Origin: Gemmatales bacterium
GTDB lineage: Bacteria; Planctomycetota; Planctomycetia; Gemmatales; HRBIN36
Direction of reading: 5' to 3'
DNA: 64,000 bases
NCBI GenBank assembly: GCA_041640595.1
Contig: JBEPZY010000001.1
Location: 1,056,001 to 1,120,000 of the forward strand
Positions 29,877 through 40,051 of this stretch are shown piece after piece. The position numbers and the translations under genes are program-made. Within the stretch, counting starts at the first letter, position 1; each line of letters opens with the position of its first letter. Below the pieces are notes generated by a model. The model was not told where the DNA came from and did not search any database. It saw nothing but the letters and a program-made list of their open reading frames with translations.

Positions 29877-30578
29877 ATGCGCTACCACTTTCTCGGTATT
29901 CCCATTCTCACAGCCCAGACCGATGAGGAGTGGTTTCCACCGCTGGATCGGGTGGGGCCGGAAGGCTTGGTCTGCCTGGGCGGACAACCCACCCCACGGC
30001 GATTGCTGGCCGCGTATCGGCAAGGGATTTTCCCGTGGTATAGCGAAGGGGAACCGGTAGCCTGGTTTTCGCCGGATCCGCGTGCTATTTTTGAATTCGA
30101 ACATTTCCATGTCCCCCGCCGGCTCGCCCGAACTATTCGCCAGGGCAAGTTTCACCTCACCATCAATCAGGCTTTCGCTGAGGTCGTTCGCGGTTGTGCA
30201 CGCCGACCCGATGGCGAAACCTGGATCACTCGCCGATTGCTTCGCACTTATCTCGAACTTCACAAACGCGGATTCGCTCACAGCGTGGAATCCTGGTACG
30301 GCGACGAACTGGCCGGCGGTATCTTCGGCATTGCCATCGGGGGTTTCTTTTCTGGCGAATCTATGTTTTACCGCATCAGCGACGCTTCTAAAGTCGCTCT
30401 GGTGCATCTCGTCGAACATTTACGCCAGCGCGGTTACGTGCTGTTCGATATTCAGGTGATCAACGATAACACTCGGCGTTTCGGTGCCGTTCTTATCCCG
30501 CGTGCCGAATACCTGCAGCGCCTGCAACACGCCCTCACCTTACCGGTCACTTTCACCGACTCTCCCCCGCCAACTTAG
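29877..30578 (+). CDS. aat: Leucyl/phenylalanyl-tRNA--protein transferase
   Basis: LLAAYRQGIFPW, WFSPDPR, AHSVE, FSGESMF and ASKVAL. Confidence 0.96.
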   Translation: MRYHFLGIPILTAQTDEEWFPPLDRVGPEGLVCLGGQPTPRRLLAAYRQGIFPWYSEGEPVAWFSPDPRAIFEFEHFHVPRRLARTIRQGKFHLTINQAFAEVVRGCARRPDGETWITRRLLRTYLELHKRGFAHSVESWYGDELAGGIFGIAIGGFFSGESMFYRISDASKVALVHLVEHLRQRGYVLFDIQVINDNTRRFGAVLIPRAEYLQRLQHALTLPVTFTDSPPPT

Positions 30579-30746
30579 ACCGCAATTGATTAGGAAATGA
30601 CCGAAATATAATGGCACCGCGAAACCGGAATGAACCGCATATATTTCGCCGGGCGCTTACAATGCTGGACGTCAGTATGCTTCGTCCAGATACTCCAACG
30701 CCGTCGCCAAGTCGTCCCAGCTTAGCGGAAAGCTGAGATAAGTACC

Positions 30747-31955
30747 ATGCGGCACGAGAAAAGCCCATTGCGTCGCTATGGAATTACGGGAAACCCAGAC
30801 TACGGAAGTAAACCGTTCACGGACATCCAGTCTGTAACACCGGAAACGCCTTTGGAAAGGCTGAATTTGAACTGGCGTGAATGCGACCTCCCGGAGCGTG
30901 AACGCACCAAGCATGTTCACCGGTTACATCCCTACCTTGGCAAATTCGTCCCGCAGTTGGTAGAAATTTTCTTACGCAAATATCAACCCCGCACGGTGTG
31001 CGATCCGTTCTGCGGGTCCGGAACGACTCTGGTCGAGGCGAACTGCCTAGGCATTCAGTCGGTGGGTTGTGATGTTTGCGAATTTAATTGCTTGCTCACC
31101 CGCGCTAAACTCGAACATTACGACTTACTATTGCTGCAGCGCGAGGTCCAGGATATTCTGGAACGACTGCGCTTGGGTCTCGAAAGCCCGCTGTTTCGCC
31201 AAGAAACGACTCATTCTCTCGAACAAGCCTCGCCCTACCTTCGAACATGGTATGCCCCAAGAGCACTCAGACAGCTCCTGTATTTCAAGTCTTTGATTCC
31301 GAACTATCGGTACCAGTTGTTATTTCAAGTCATACTCTCCAGGGCGGCTCGGTCAGCCCGGCTAACTACACACTATGAACTTGATTTTCCCAAGAAACCT
31401 CAGACGCAACCATACTATTGCCATAAACACAAGCGGGTCTGCAAGCCAACCCAGGACGCTCTACAATTTCTTGTTCGTTACTGTGCCGATGCGTTACGGC
31501 GAATAGAAGAGTTTCAGAAACTGCGGACTTCTGCTCCTTTTCAGATTTTGTGTGGTGATGCTCGAAACGTGAAGTTTCCTCCCACGGACTTAGTAGTCAC
31601 TTCGCCACCTTATGTTGGGTTGATAGATTACCATGAACAACACCGCTACGCTTATGAGTTGCTAGATTTGCCCATGCAGGTAGAGAGCGAAATTGGGCGA
31701 GCGTCTCTAGGGCAATCTCAAGCAGCTATTCAGCGTTATTTAGACGACATGAGCCGCGCGTTCGCTAACGTTTTGGAATCGCTACGCCCTGGAGGGCGAG
31801 TCGTGATTGTTGTGTATGACCGATTTCAACTTTATGATCGTATCGCCTCCAGGCTTGGCTGCCGAGTCGAACACCGGTTCCAAAGACACGTCAACCGTCG
31901 CACTGGACGCCGAGCTACCGACTTCTTTGAGGACGTCATTATATGGCGGGGCTAA
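30747..31955 (+). CDS. Site-specific DNA methyltransferase, probably N4-cytosine
   Basis: HRLHPYLGKF, then motif I DPFCGSGT preceding motif IV TSPPY. Overlaps the endonuclease gene. Confidence 0.9.
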   Translation: MRHEKSPLRRYGITGNPDYGSKPFTDIQSVTPETPLERLNLNWRECDLPERERTKHVHRLHPYLGKFVPQLVEIFLRKYQPRTVCDPFCGSGTTLVEANCLGIQSVGCDVCEFNCLLTRAKLEHYDLLLLQREVQDILERLRLGLESPLFRQETTHSLEQASPYLRTWYAPRALRQLLYFKSLIPNYRYQLLFQVILSRAARSARLTTHYELDFPKKPQTQPYYCHKHKRVCKPTQDALQFLVRYCADALRRIEEFQKLRTSAPFQILCGDARNVKFPPTDLVVTSPPYVGLIDYHEQHRYAYELLDLPMQVESEIGRASLGQSQAAIQRYLDDMSRAFANVLESLRPGGRVVIVVYDRFQLYDRIASRLGCRVEHRFQRHVNRRTGRRATDFFEDVIIWRG

Positions 31956-32773
31956 TTTCTGATGATATTCGAAGTGAGATCAAGAATTCGCTACGGAAAA
32001 CTATAACAGAGAAGCTGAATCGCGTGCAGCCGGGCACGTTTTCGCCATTCCACCAAGCGTTATTCCCTCAGTGGTTACTGCTGGCATGGCAATTCGAGAG
32101 GACCTGTTCCACCGCCCTTGGAAAATTCTTTGAGAAGGTAGCGAAGCTCTTGGCCAGCAATTCACGCCGATACAAGACCGTAGAAACCCAAAAGAGAATT
32201 GAAGGCTATATTTCAAACGCAGCTAGCAGCACTATCAACTCCATTGTTACCCACCTCCGCGAGGGCGGAATAGAAAAGGCAGTCCAGCAGGCGGTTAGCA
32301 GCATTGGCAACCGACGGAAGCAAGAATACATCCGGAAAAGCCCTTTCAATGGACTGGCGAGCTTGGTTGCAGGTGCCTTTCGGGCTCCAAATGGTTCCAG
32401 AAAAACGATCGTCATAGATTTGTACCTGGAGGGTCTGGACGGGACGGAATATTACTTCGAAATGAAATCCCCTTTGCCGAATAAGGATCAGTGTATAGCC
32501 ACTACCGAAAAATTTCTGTGGATCCATGCTATGCGTCCTCAAGGAAAAGTGGTCACTAAATATGCGATGGCCTTTAATCCTTTCGGTGATGACCGGACAA
32601 CTTACCGACATTCGATTGCGAAAAAGTATCTGGACTTGAAGACACAGGTGCTTATTGGTCAGGAATTCTGGGACTTGCTTGCAGGCAAAGGCGTTTATCT
32701 CGAATTACTGGATGTGTACAAGGAAGTTGGTCAGGAGCTAATTGCCGAATTTGAATCTAAGTTACAAAGATAG
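31943..32773 (+). CDS. Type II restriction endonuclease (TdeIII/MjaII-like, PD-(D/E)xK)
   Basis: ERTCSTALG..FE, DLYL...FEMKSPLPNKDQ, FNPFG and LIGQEFWD. Lower GC than the flanks and coupled to a methyltransferase. Confidence 0.8.
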   Translation: MAGLISDDIRSEIKNSLRKTITEKLNRVQPGTFSPFHQALFPQWLLLAWQFERTCSTALGKFFEKVAKLLASNSRRYKTVETQKRIEGYISNAASSTINSIVTHLREGGIEKAVQQAVSSIGNRRKQEYIRKSPFNGLASLVAGAFRAPNGSRKTIVIDLYLEGLDGTEYYFEMKSPLPNKDQCIATTEKFLWIHAMRPQGKVVTKYAMAFNPFGDDRTTYRHSIAKKYLDLKTQVLIGQEFWDLLAGKGVYLELLDVYKEVGQELIAEFESKLQR

Positions 32774-32794
32774 ATGTCTGAGATTCAGCTCAAA

Positions 32795-35700
32795 CTAACT
32801 TTCGTGTGTCTGTGCGGAAAGGGACGATGTGGGTGATGAGCGATTGACTGGGCCGTTTGTGTCGGTTGTGAGCGGTTTTGAGGTTTTGTCCTTATCGTGC
32901 CGGATACTGGAAAATTGCAAGTCGGCGTCTTTTTCCGTGCCGGACGCTGATAAATCCACATGTAGCCGACGCCGGTGCGACCAGAGAATAGCTAAGTCAT
33001 CGAGATAACTATAGACAATGGGAGTGGCCAGCAAGGTAAGCAACAGCGAAAGGGTCTGTCCCCCTACGACCAGAACGGCAATAGACCGCCGTTCTTCCGC
33101 ACCAGGGCCCCGACCTACTAACAGCGGCAACATGCCGGCCACGAAAGAAAGCGTGGTCATCAGGATAGGACGCAATCGGTCGCGATTAGCTTGCATAATC
33201 GCTTCCAAGCGCTCCAGGCCTTGCTCTCGCAACTGATTAGTGTGGTCAACTTGCAAAATCGAGTTTTTCTTTATCACGCCAAACAGGACTAATATTCCCA
33301 GGGCTGAATATAAGTTAAGCGTTTCGCCACCCCACCACAGACTTAGTAACCCAAATGGCACCGCTAACGGCAGGGAAATCAAGATGGTGAGCGGATGAAT
33401 GAAATGTTCGAATTGCGCGGCCAGTACGATGTACATGAAAATGAGCGACAGCACGAACGCCCAGGCGAAATCGCGGAACGTGCGCTCTAATTCCCGGCCA
33501 CGACCAAGCACGCGGAAGGAATAACCCGGGGGCAGATTTAGTTCCTCGGCAGCACGACGTAAACGCGCAAGGCAATCTCCGAGAGCGTAACCAGGAGCAA
33601 CATTGCCCCGAATCGCCACCATCCGTTGTCGGTCCACACGGTCAATTCGTGCAGGGCTGAAGGCTTCCTCAAATCTCATCACCGTATCGAGGCGTACCAG
33701 CCTGGGGCGATTTGTCGTCCCTGTGACCACCGGATTGCCGAAACTAAGTCGTGGCAACGGTGTCGCCCCCGACCGAACATAGAGTTGCTCGATTTTGGCC
33801 TTACTGCCGCGATCATCACCGATTAAACGTAACTCCACGTCATAGACATCGTCTAACTTTTCGTCGCGGTACCTCGACACACGATCGTCTCCGCCTACCA
33901 TAAGTCGTAACGATACCGCGATCTCTTGGGCATCTATGCCCAGTTCCGCAGCTTTCTGGCGATCGATCCTGCCCACCAGCTCCGGTTTGTCCAAGCGCAA
34001 GGTTATATCGGCGTCAACAATGCCGTCCAGACCACCGTTAGGGTCATTAATGCGATCTAATAACTGCTGAGCGTACTTAGCCAGCGGGAGCAGTTCCGGT
34101 CCGGTGAGCACGAAATCTATATCCACGGGTGCACCCTGGCGCAAGGAAGTCAGGTTACGCACAGAAACCCGCAGATCAGCAAACCTCGACTGGCGAAGTC
34201 GTCGGCGAATTTCCACCATTTTTTCCCGCTGAGTATAGTTGTTGCGAAAGGCATTCCAGGGTTGGCCGCGTAAGGTTTCGCGTATCAGTCGCACGATAGA
34301 GAAGGTGCGTTTTTCTAAGTCTTCCAGCCGCACGTAAATATTCGCACTGTTGACCCGTCCCAGACCGGAACTGCCGACAGTTGTCAGGAGATGAACGACG
34401 CCTCCGACTTGGCGGATTTCCTCCTCGACAGCTTCGACGACGCTGCGCATACCTTCGATACTCAGTCCCTCCGGTGCCTGGATGCTCACTTCAAATTCAG
34501 ACTCGTCCACGTTTGTAGGGACATAATCCTGTTGCACCAGGAAATAGAGGGGCACATTGGAGAGCAGAACAACGATGCTTAGAACGCCCACAATCCAGCG
34601 ATGCCGCATGCACCACCGGAGCATGGCAAGGTAAACGACTTCAATCCAGTGATAAAAACCGCTTCGCGATGTGGCTTCGCCCTCGCGTACGTCATGCCGA
34701 AGAAATCGGCTGCAAAGCATCGGGGTGAGCGTGAACGATACCAGCAGGGAGACAAGCACGGCTACGGATGCCGTGATGCCGAATTGATACAGAAACCGCC
34801 CCGTGATGCTGGACATGAACGAGACCGGCAGGAAAACGACCACCAGAGAAAAAGTGGTGGCAAGCACTGCCAGACCAATTTCGCGGGTACCTTCGATGGC
34901 GGCCTGAACCGGAGGCAAGCCCTTTTCCTCCATGGCGCGGAAGATGTTTTCGAGCACCACGATGGCGTCATCAATGACCACGCCGACCATCAACACCAGG
35001 GCCAGCATGGTAACGTTGTTCATCGTGAAGTTGAGTGCTCGCATTACGGCAAAAGTAGCGATAATCGAAGCGGGAATGGCAATGGCAGCGATCAGTGTCG
35101 AACGCCAATTCCGCATGAACAGCAAAACAACGATGCTGGCCAGCACACTGCCGACAATCAGGTGCAGCCGAATTTCGTGCAACGCCGCCAGAATATAGCG
35201 GGACTGGTCCTGAATCACCTCGATATGGACGTCGGGGTAATGCTCGCGGAGATAAGCCTGGGCTTTGACCAGCCGCTCTTTGACCGCTTGGATGACCTCG
35301 ATAGTGTTGCTGCCGGATTGGCGTTGCACGGTGAGCACAACGGCCGGGTTGCCGTCCAATCGAGCAAGAGTGCGAACTTCCTTTTGGCCGTCGGTTACCT
35401 GACCGAGATCGCCAAGGGTAATTTTGCGGCCGTTGATGGTGGCGACAGTCAGGTCGCGGAACGATCGAACGTCGGGAAGTCGGCTCAAGGTACGCAGGCT
35501 CCATTCCCGCGGTCCGGACTGAACATTGCCACCGAAACCCTCGGCGTTCTGGCGGATGAGAGCGTCACGCACCTCGGTGATGGAAATTTGGTAAGCGGCG
35601 AGGCGACGGGCGTCAATTTCGACTTGAATGGCTCGTTCGGTCGCACCGTATATGTTGACCGCCCCCACACCGGGAGCGGATTCAATCATGTCTTTGACAG

Positions 35701-36184
35701 CCTTGTCAGCAATGATGTAAAGCTCACGGCTGTCGCGGTGTGGGCCACCTGCAATGGCCAGCGACAACACGGGCGAGGAATCGGTGTCCAGTTTGCGAAT
35801 CACTGGAGGATAAGCGTCTGCTGGGAGACGATTGAGAACAGCCCCAATAGCATCGCGCACATCCTGAGCCGCGGCGTCCAGGTTGCGATTCAGGGTAAAC
35901 GTCAGTAACAGCAGTGAACGTCCTTCGGTCGAAATGCCGCGCAGCTCATCCAGACCCTCCACGGTAGCCACTGCGTCCTCTAACACCATCGTTACTTCCG
36001 ATTCCACCTCTTCCGCAGAGGCATTGGGCAATAGAGTCGAAACGGTGACCGTGGGCAAATCCACCTTGGGAAAACGGTCCACACCCAGTTGCCAGTAAGA
36101 TGCAGCGCCCGCTACCACCAGAGCCAGCGTCAGCATGGTGGCAAAGACAGGTCGCCTGACACATAGTTCTGCCAACCACTGCAC
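32795..36184 (-). CDS. RND efflux permease (AcrB/HAE1 family)
   Basis: RRPVFA, GVVIDDAIVVLEN, KKNSIL and RLRPILMT. 1129 aa. Confidence 0.95.
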   Translation of the reverse strand: MQWLAELCVRRPVFATMLTLALVVAGAASYWQLGVDRFPKVDLPTVTVSTLLPNASAEEVESEVTMVLEDAVATVEGLDELRGISTEGRSLLLLTFTLNRNLDAAAQDVRDAIGAVLNRLPADAYPPVIRKLDTDSSPVLSLAIAGGPHRDSRELYIIADKAVKDMIESAPGVGAVNIYGATERAIQVEIDARRLAAYQISITEVRDALIRQNAEGFGGNVQSGPREWSLRTLSRLPDVRSFRDLTVATINGRKITLGDLGQVTDGQKEVRTLARLDGNPAVVLTVQRQSGSNTIEVIQAVKERLVKAQAYLREHYPDVHIEVIQDQSRYILAALHEIRLHLIVGSVLASIVVLLFMRNWRSTLIAAIAIPASIIATFAVMRALNFTMNNVTMLALVLMVGVVIDDAIVVLENIFRAMEEKGLPPVQAAIEGTREIGLAVLATTFSLVVVFLPVSFMSSITGRFLYQFGITASVAVLVSLLVSFTLTPMLCSRFLRHDVREGEATSRSGFYHWIEVVYLAMLRWCMRHRWIVGVLSIVVLLSNVPLYFLVQQDYVPTNVDESEFEVSIQAPEGLSIEGMRSVVEAVEEEIRQVGGVVHLLTTVGSSGLGRVNSANIYVRLEDLEKRTFSIVRLIRETLRGQPWNAFRNNYTQREKMVEIRRRLRQSRFADLRVSVRNLTSLRQGAPVDIDFVLTGPELLPLAKYAQQLLDRINDPNGGLDGIVDADITLRLDKPELVGRIDRQKAAELGIDAQEIAVSLRLMVGGDDRVSRYRDEKLDDVYDVELRLIGDDRGSKAKIEQLYVRSGATPLPRLSFGNPVVTGTTNRPRLVRLDTVMRFEEAFSPARIDRVDRQRMVAIRGNVAPGYALGDCLARLRRAAEELNLPPGYSFRVLGRGRELERTFRDFAWAFVLSLIFMYIVLAAQFEHFIHPLTILISLPLAVPFGLLSLWWGGETLNLYSALGILVLFGVIKKNSILQVDHTNQLREQGLERLEAIMQANRDRLRPILMTTLSFVAGMLPLLVGRGPGAEERRSIAVLVVGGQTLSLLLTLLATPIVYSYLDDLAILWSHRRRLHVDLSASGTEKDADLQFSSIRHDKDKTSKPLTTDTNGPVNRSSPTSSLSAQTHES

Positions 36185-36316
36185 CGCACTATCTCCAGGC
36201 AGGTCGGTTAGAAAAAGGTGGGAGCAGCAAAAGCGGGTCGAGGGATAAGATTTATCGTTGCCCAGACGCCATCAGCGAGTAAATTGTCACGCCCGAGGAG
36301 GCATTACCAATTTTAC

Positions 36317-37705
36317 TTACTCCCAGAACCACAGCCAGGTCAGCAACACGAACAAAGGCATCAAAATCGGAATCGTCACACGCACAATGTAGCCGAAAAA
36401 GCTGGGCATGGGATAGTTATTTTCCTCGGCAATCGCTTTGACCATGAAGTTTGGTCCATTGCCGATGTAAGTGTTGGCACCCATGAAAACAGCACCACAA
36501 CTAATCGCCTCGAGCAGGATGGGGCGATGGTGAATCAGCTGACTAATTTCGTGAGGGGCAGCCGCCAGGGTCGCAAAAGTCAGATAGGTCGGCGCATTGT
36601 CCAAGAACGACGACAGCACCCCGGTCAACCAGAAAAACTGCCAGGGCTTTTCCAAATTCCAGGAGGGGCCATGAATTTTTAGAAGCTCCAGCACCGGCCC
36701 CATGGTAATAAAAATCCCGGCAAATAAAACCGCCACTTCGATAATCGGATTCCAGGTGAAACCGTTTGCCGTTCGAACACCGCGCGGAGTAAACAGCAAG
36801 GAAGCCAACGCGATGACGATCATACCGACAGCCGCCCACAGTGGTGAAAGTCCTTGCTGTAATAGCCATGCTTGCGCCAGCACACAAGCCACTACACCGA
36901 GCAAGAAAAGCAGGTTGATTTTGCCCCGTAACCAGGGTGGCGCATTGACGGTGTCTAGCGTTTTCTTTTGCGCTGGCACGAGTGATTTTTCTCGCACGAA
37001 AAGCCAGCTGTCATAGATGAAAAAAACAGCCAGCACAATTCCGTTGGCGATAAGCCATTCCCGCCACAAGCGTAAGGTCCAGGTGAATGGAACACCTCGC
37101 AGGAAACCCAAAAACAAAGGGGGATCGCCCAGTGGTGTGAGCAAGCCCCCCATATTGCTGACCGTGATCAGAAAGAAAATCGGAATGTGCCCCCGTTGTG
37201 GACGGTGCTGATTGAGCCGAAGGATTGGACGAATTAACACCATGCTCGCCCCGGTGGTGCCGATGAAGTTAGCCAGGATGCTCCCGGTCAGTAAAAAGCC
37301 AAGGTTGGTAATTGGATTGCATGCAAAACGGTCTGCCAGCAACAAGCCACCCGCCACCACGTACAACGAGCCCAGTAAGGTGATAAACGCGGCGTATTCT
37401 TCCAGTGCGTGAAGCAAGACGTGCAGACCTGCATCACCAGCCAGGAGCAGATACACCGTGGTCGGAGCGGAAAAGAGAGCCGCCACTAAAGCCCGACGAA
37501 AGTTGGACTCCCAAAAGTGGGGAAAAATCAGCGGCAACAAAGCGATCGCCAGCAGCAACCCGACGAAAGGAGCTACTGTCCAGAGTGGCGGATGCAGCTG
37601 AGCCTCGGCTGCGAGAACACAGCCAGGAGCTTGGCACCAAATTAACAACGCCAGTGCCGCGAGCGCGACTTTCCGCTCAGCCGGGGATCGCACCAGAAGC
37701 GTCAT
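36317..37705 (-). CDS. Putative Na+/H+ antiporter (ion transporter superfamily)
   Basis: Multi-TM protein with GTTGASM, GGLLTPLGDPPLFLG, SSFLDNAPTY and TYIGNGPNFMVK. Confidence 0.85.
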   Translation of the reverse strand: MTLLVRSPAERKVALAALALLIWCQAPGCVLAAEAQLHPPLWTVAPFVGLLLAIALLPLIFPHFWESNFRRALVAALFSAPTTVYLLLAGDAGLHVLLHALEEYAAFITLLGSLYVVAGGLLLADRFACNPITNLGFLLTGSILANFIGTTGASMVLIRPILRLNQHRPQRGHIPIFFLITVSNMGGLLTPLGDPPLFLGFLRGVPFTWTLRLWREWLIANGIVLAVFFIYDSWLFVREKSLVPAQKKTLDTVNAPPWLRGKINLLFLLGVVACVLAQAWLLQQGLSPLWAAVGMIVIALASLLFTPRGVRTANGFTWNPIIEVAVLFAGIFITMGPVLELLKIHGPSWNLEKPWQFFWLTGVLSSFLDNAPTYLTFATLAAAPHEISQLIHHRPILLEAISCGAVFMGANTYIGNGPNFMVKAIAEENNYPMPSFFGYIVRVTIPILMPLFVLLTWLWFWE

Positions 37706-37848
37706 AGCCCACGTTTCCCGCAATGCGTAAGGAAAAAGTCAAACCGAATTGTAGAAGGTCCCCAGCTCCCAAGGTATATCAGTCCCCGCTAGTTGTTGAC
37801 AGGGGAAAAATTGTTCGCCACCAAAGCAAAATTTTTCGTGAAGACGTC

Positions 37849-37877
37849 TTGAAATCGCCGTTGCCAGCATTTACAAT
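37849..37877 (+). promoter_or_regulatory. Sigma70-type promoter candidate for the sigma factor gene
   Basis: TTGAAA-17 nt-TACAAT. Confidence 0.5.
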
Positions 37878-38134
37878 CAATTGTCCTGGAAAGGGCTGGA
37901 AGCATTCCATGAAAACCCGCCTAACGATGGTTCCTTTCGGAGCAGGGATTGAGGCCAGCGAGGGAAATCGCAAATTCTGTTGTCCCAGAACGATCCGACC
38001 ATTCACAGCGTAAATACCGGAGAACGGCCTATTCCCTGGAAAATGCGTGACTTGGCGAAAAACCAGCCCTGGCCTATCGACCACAACCAATAGCTGGCCC
38101 GTCCCGCTCTTCTCGCCATGCAAAGGACTCAGGC

Positions 38135-39154
38135 ATGAAAGCACAAGGCAAGAAGCGGAAGGTGTGTCGGAAGAAGAAAAAGCAATCGCTTCTGGGCTCG
38201 GCTACCCCCGAAACAGCCTTCTCATCCGACCTTTTGACACCTGAAGAAGAAAGGGAGCTGCTGGCGGAGTTCTGGGAATGTAAGTGCGACTTGGTGAAGA
38301 CTATTTTGCGCGAATTCCCCAAATTACGCGCTCATCGGCCTCCCATGGAACCCTGGCCAATGGCCCAGTTTATCCGCGACTATTGCAACGACGAGACGTT
38401 AGAACGACCGGCAGTAAAAAAGTTGTACGATCGCTATGTTACCTACAAACACCGTTTGGCATCGGCGAATATCCGTTTGGCAGCGCACGTTGCCAAGAGG
38501 TTTCGTCATCACGCTTTAAGCTATGCCGACCTGTTGCAGGAAGCGGTATGCGGCTTAATGCAGGCCATTGACCGATTCGACGTCAGTCATGGTACGCGAT
38601 TAGCTACTTACGCCACCTGGTGGATTCGCCAGACTCTGCAAATTGCCGTGGCCCGACAAAGTCATCTGGTCAGCCTGTCGCCCCATCACCTGCAAGAGCT
38701 GGGACTGTTGCAGCAGGAATCCGAAGCTCTAGCTCATGGTGGCAAAGTCCCCAGCGCACAGGAGTTGGCCAGACGGACAGGGTCCAGCCTGGAGCACCTG
38801 GCTCACCTGCAGACAGCCACACGAACTCCGGTCTCCCTCAACGCAGTCCTCGACGACGACAGCGAGTTTAAACTCACGGAAGCAATGCCCGACGTGGCCA
38901 GTGCTCTGGAACGCGAAAAGCATGAACGGGCGGAGTCGCTGCGCTACTTGCTGGAACAATTGCGGCCACGCGAGCGGAAAGTTCTCGACCTGCGCTATGG
39001 TTTGACCGGCACTGGTTCGCACAGCCTGCGGCAAATCGGGCACCTGCTGCGAATCAGCAAAGAACGAGTCCGCCAAATCCAGAATCGCGCTCTGGAAAAA
39101 CTACGCGCCAAGGCTGAACAAGCCGGGTGGGAACCCACCCTGCTGCTAGAATGA
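38135..39154 (+). CDS. Alternative sigma-70 family sigma factor (regions 2, 3 and 4)
   Basis: ANIRL, DLLQE..GL..AIDRFD, TYATWWIRQ, PVSLN and ISKERVRQIQ. Confidence 0.93.
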   Translation: MKAQGKKRKVCRKKKKQSLLGSATPETAFSSDLLTPEEERELLAEFWECKCDLVKTILREFPKLRAHRPPMEPWPMAQFIRDYCNDETLERPAVKKLYDRYVTYKHRLASANIRLAAHVAKRFRHHALSYADLLQEAVCGLMQAIDRFDVSHGTRLATYATWWIRQTLQIAVARQSHLVSLSPHHLQELGLLQQESEALAHGGKVPSAQELARRTGSSLEHLAHLQTATRTPVSLNAVLDDDSEFKLTEAMPDVASALEREKHERAESLRYLLEQLRPRERKVLDLRYGLTGTGSHSLRQIGHLLRISKERVRQIQNRALEKLRAKAEQAGWEPTLLLE

Positions 39155-39367
39155 ACTTTTCCGCGAAACCTGAAGCGGAAGCCATAAATCCCATGCAGCC
39201 TCAGAACGGGCGAACTTCACCAGCTAAAATAGCAATGGGCTGGGTATTGGAGATTCTGTCCCCACTGTTTCGTTGCGTCTGGTATTTCCATTGTAAGCCC
39301 TCGGGTAAACTGTGCTCAACCGAAAGTCCAGCGGCGTGAAAACCGCTGCTTGCTGCGGAGAGATGAT

Positions 39368-39976
39368 ATGACCCCGGCACTAGCGGAACGCATCGCCCAG
39401 TTTCGCAAAATGGCCCAGGACGACCCAGAAAATGAGTTGGGCCACTTTGGTCTGGGAAAAGCGCTCCTGGAAGCCGGCGAGTTTGCTGAAGCCGCCAGTG
39501 CTTTCGAGCGTGCTTTGCAACTCAACCCGGAATTCTCCAAAGCCTACCAATACCTCGGCGAATGTTATGCCCGGTTGCAGCAGCGTGAGAAAGCTCTGGA
39601 GGTTTTCCTGCGGGGCTACCAGGTAGCCGACCGACGTGGCGATCGGATGCCGCGGGAAGAAATGGCCCAGTGGATTCGACAGCTTGGCGGTCAGGTTCCC
39701 GAGGCGGCTAAAGTTCCGACAGCTGATCAGTCAGCTGGTGGCTTTCGGTGCCAGCGTCCCGGTTGTCCTGCAGGTCCTTTCGCCCGGCAGCTGCCCAAAC
39801 CACCCATGAACGATGAACTGGGGCGACTGATTTATGAGCGCATTTGTGCCGACTGCTGGCGGGACTGGCTGGCTATGGGAATCAAGGTAATCAACGAGCT
39901 GCGGCTCGACCTGAGCGATGAAATGGGCCAGAAAACTTACGAAATGTATATGAAGCAGTACCTGGGTCTGGAATGA
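39368..39976 (+). CDS. TPR protein fused to a Fe(II)-trafficking YggX-like domain
   Basis: N-terminal TPRs, then LPKPP...ELGRLIYERIC..CW..WL....KVINE.RL.L. Confidence 0.85.
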   Translation: MTPALAERIAQFRKMAQDDPENELGHFGLGKALLEAGEFAEAASAFERALQLNPEFSKAYQYLGECYARLQQREKALEVFLRGYQVADRRGDRMPREEMAQWIRQLGGQVPEAAKVPTADQSAGGFRCQRPGCPAGPFARQLPKPPMNDELGRLIYERICADCWRDWLAMGIKVINELRLDLSDEMGQKTYEMYMKQYLGLE

Positions 39977-40051
39977 ACGTTTGGCAAACAAAGCTAACTG
40001 TGTCTGCGTGCGTATAGTCTCAGCGCTACTCCGGCAATTATCGGAAGCTAT

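Noticed and set aside
30672..30920. Possible controller (C) protein for the R-M system
   Set aside because: It is antisense to and overlaps the methyltransferase, and has no HTH pattern.
34601..35908. 435-aa plus-strand ORF (likewise 55695-56771, 59023-59898, 62671-63606, 6570-7607)
   Set aside because: These are antisense to well-supported genes, typical of GC-rich codon bias.
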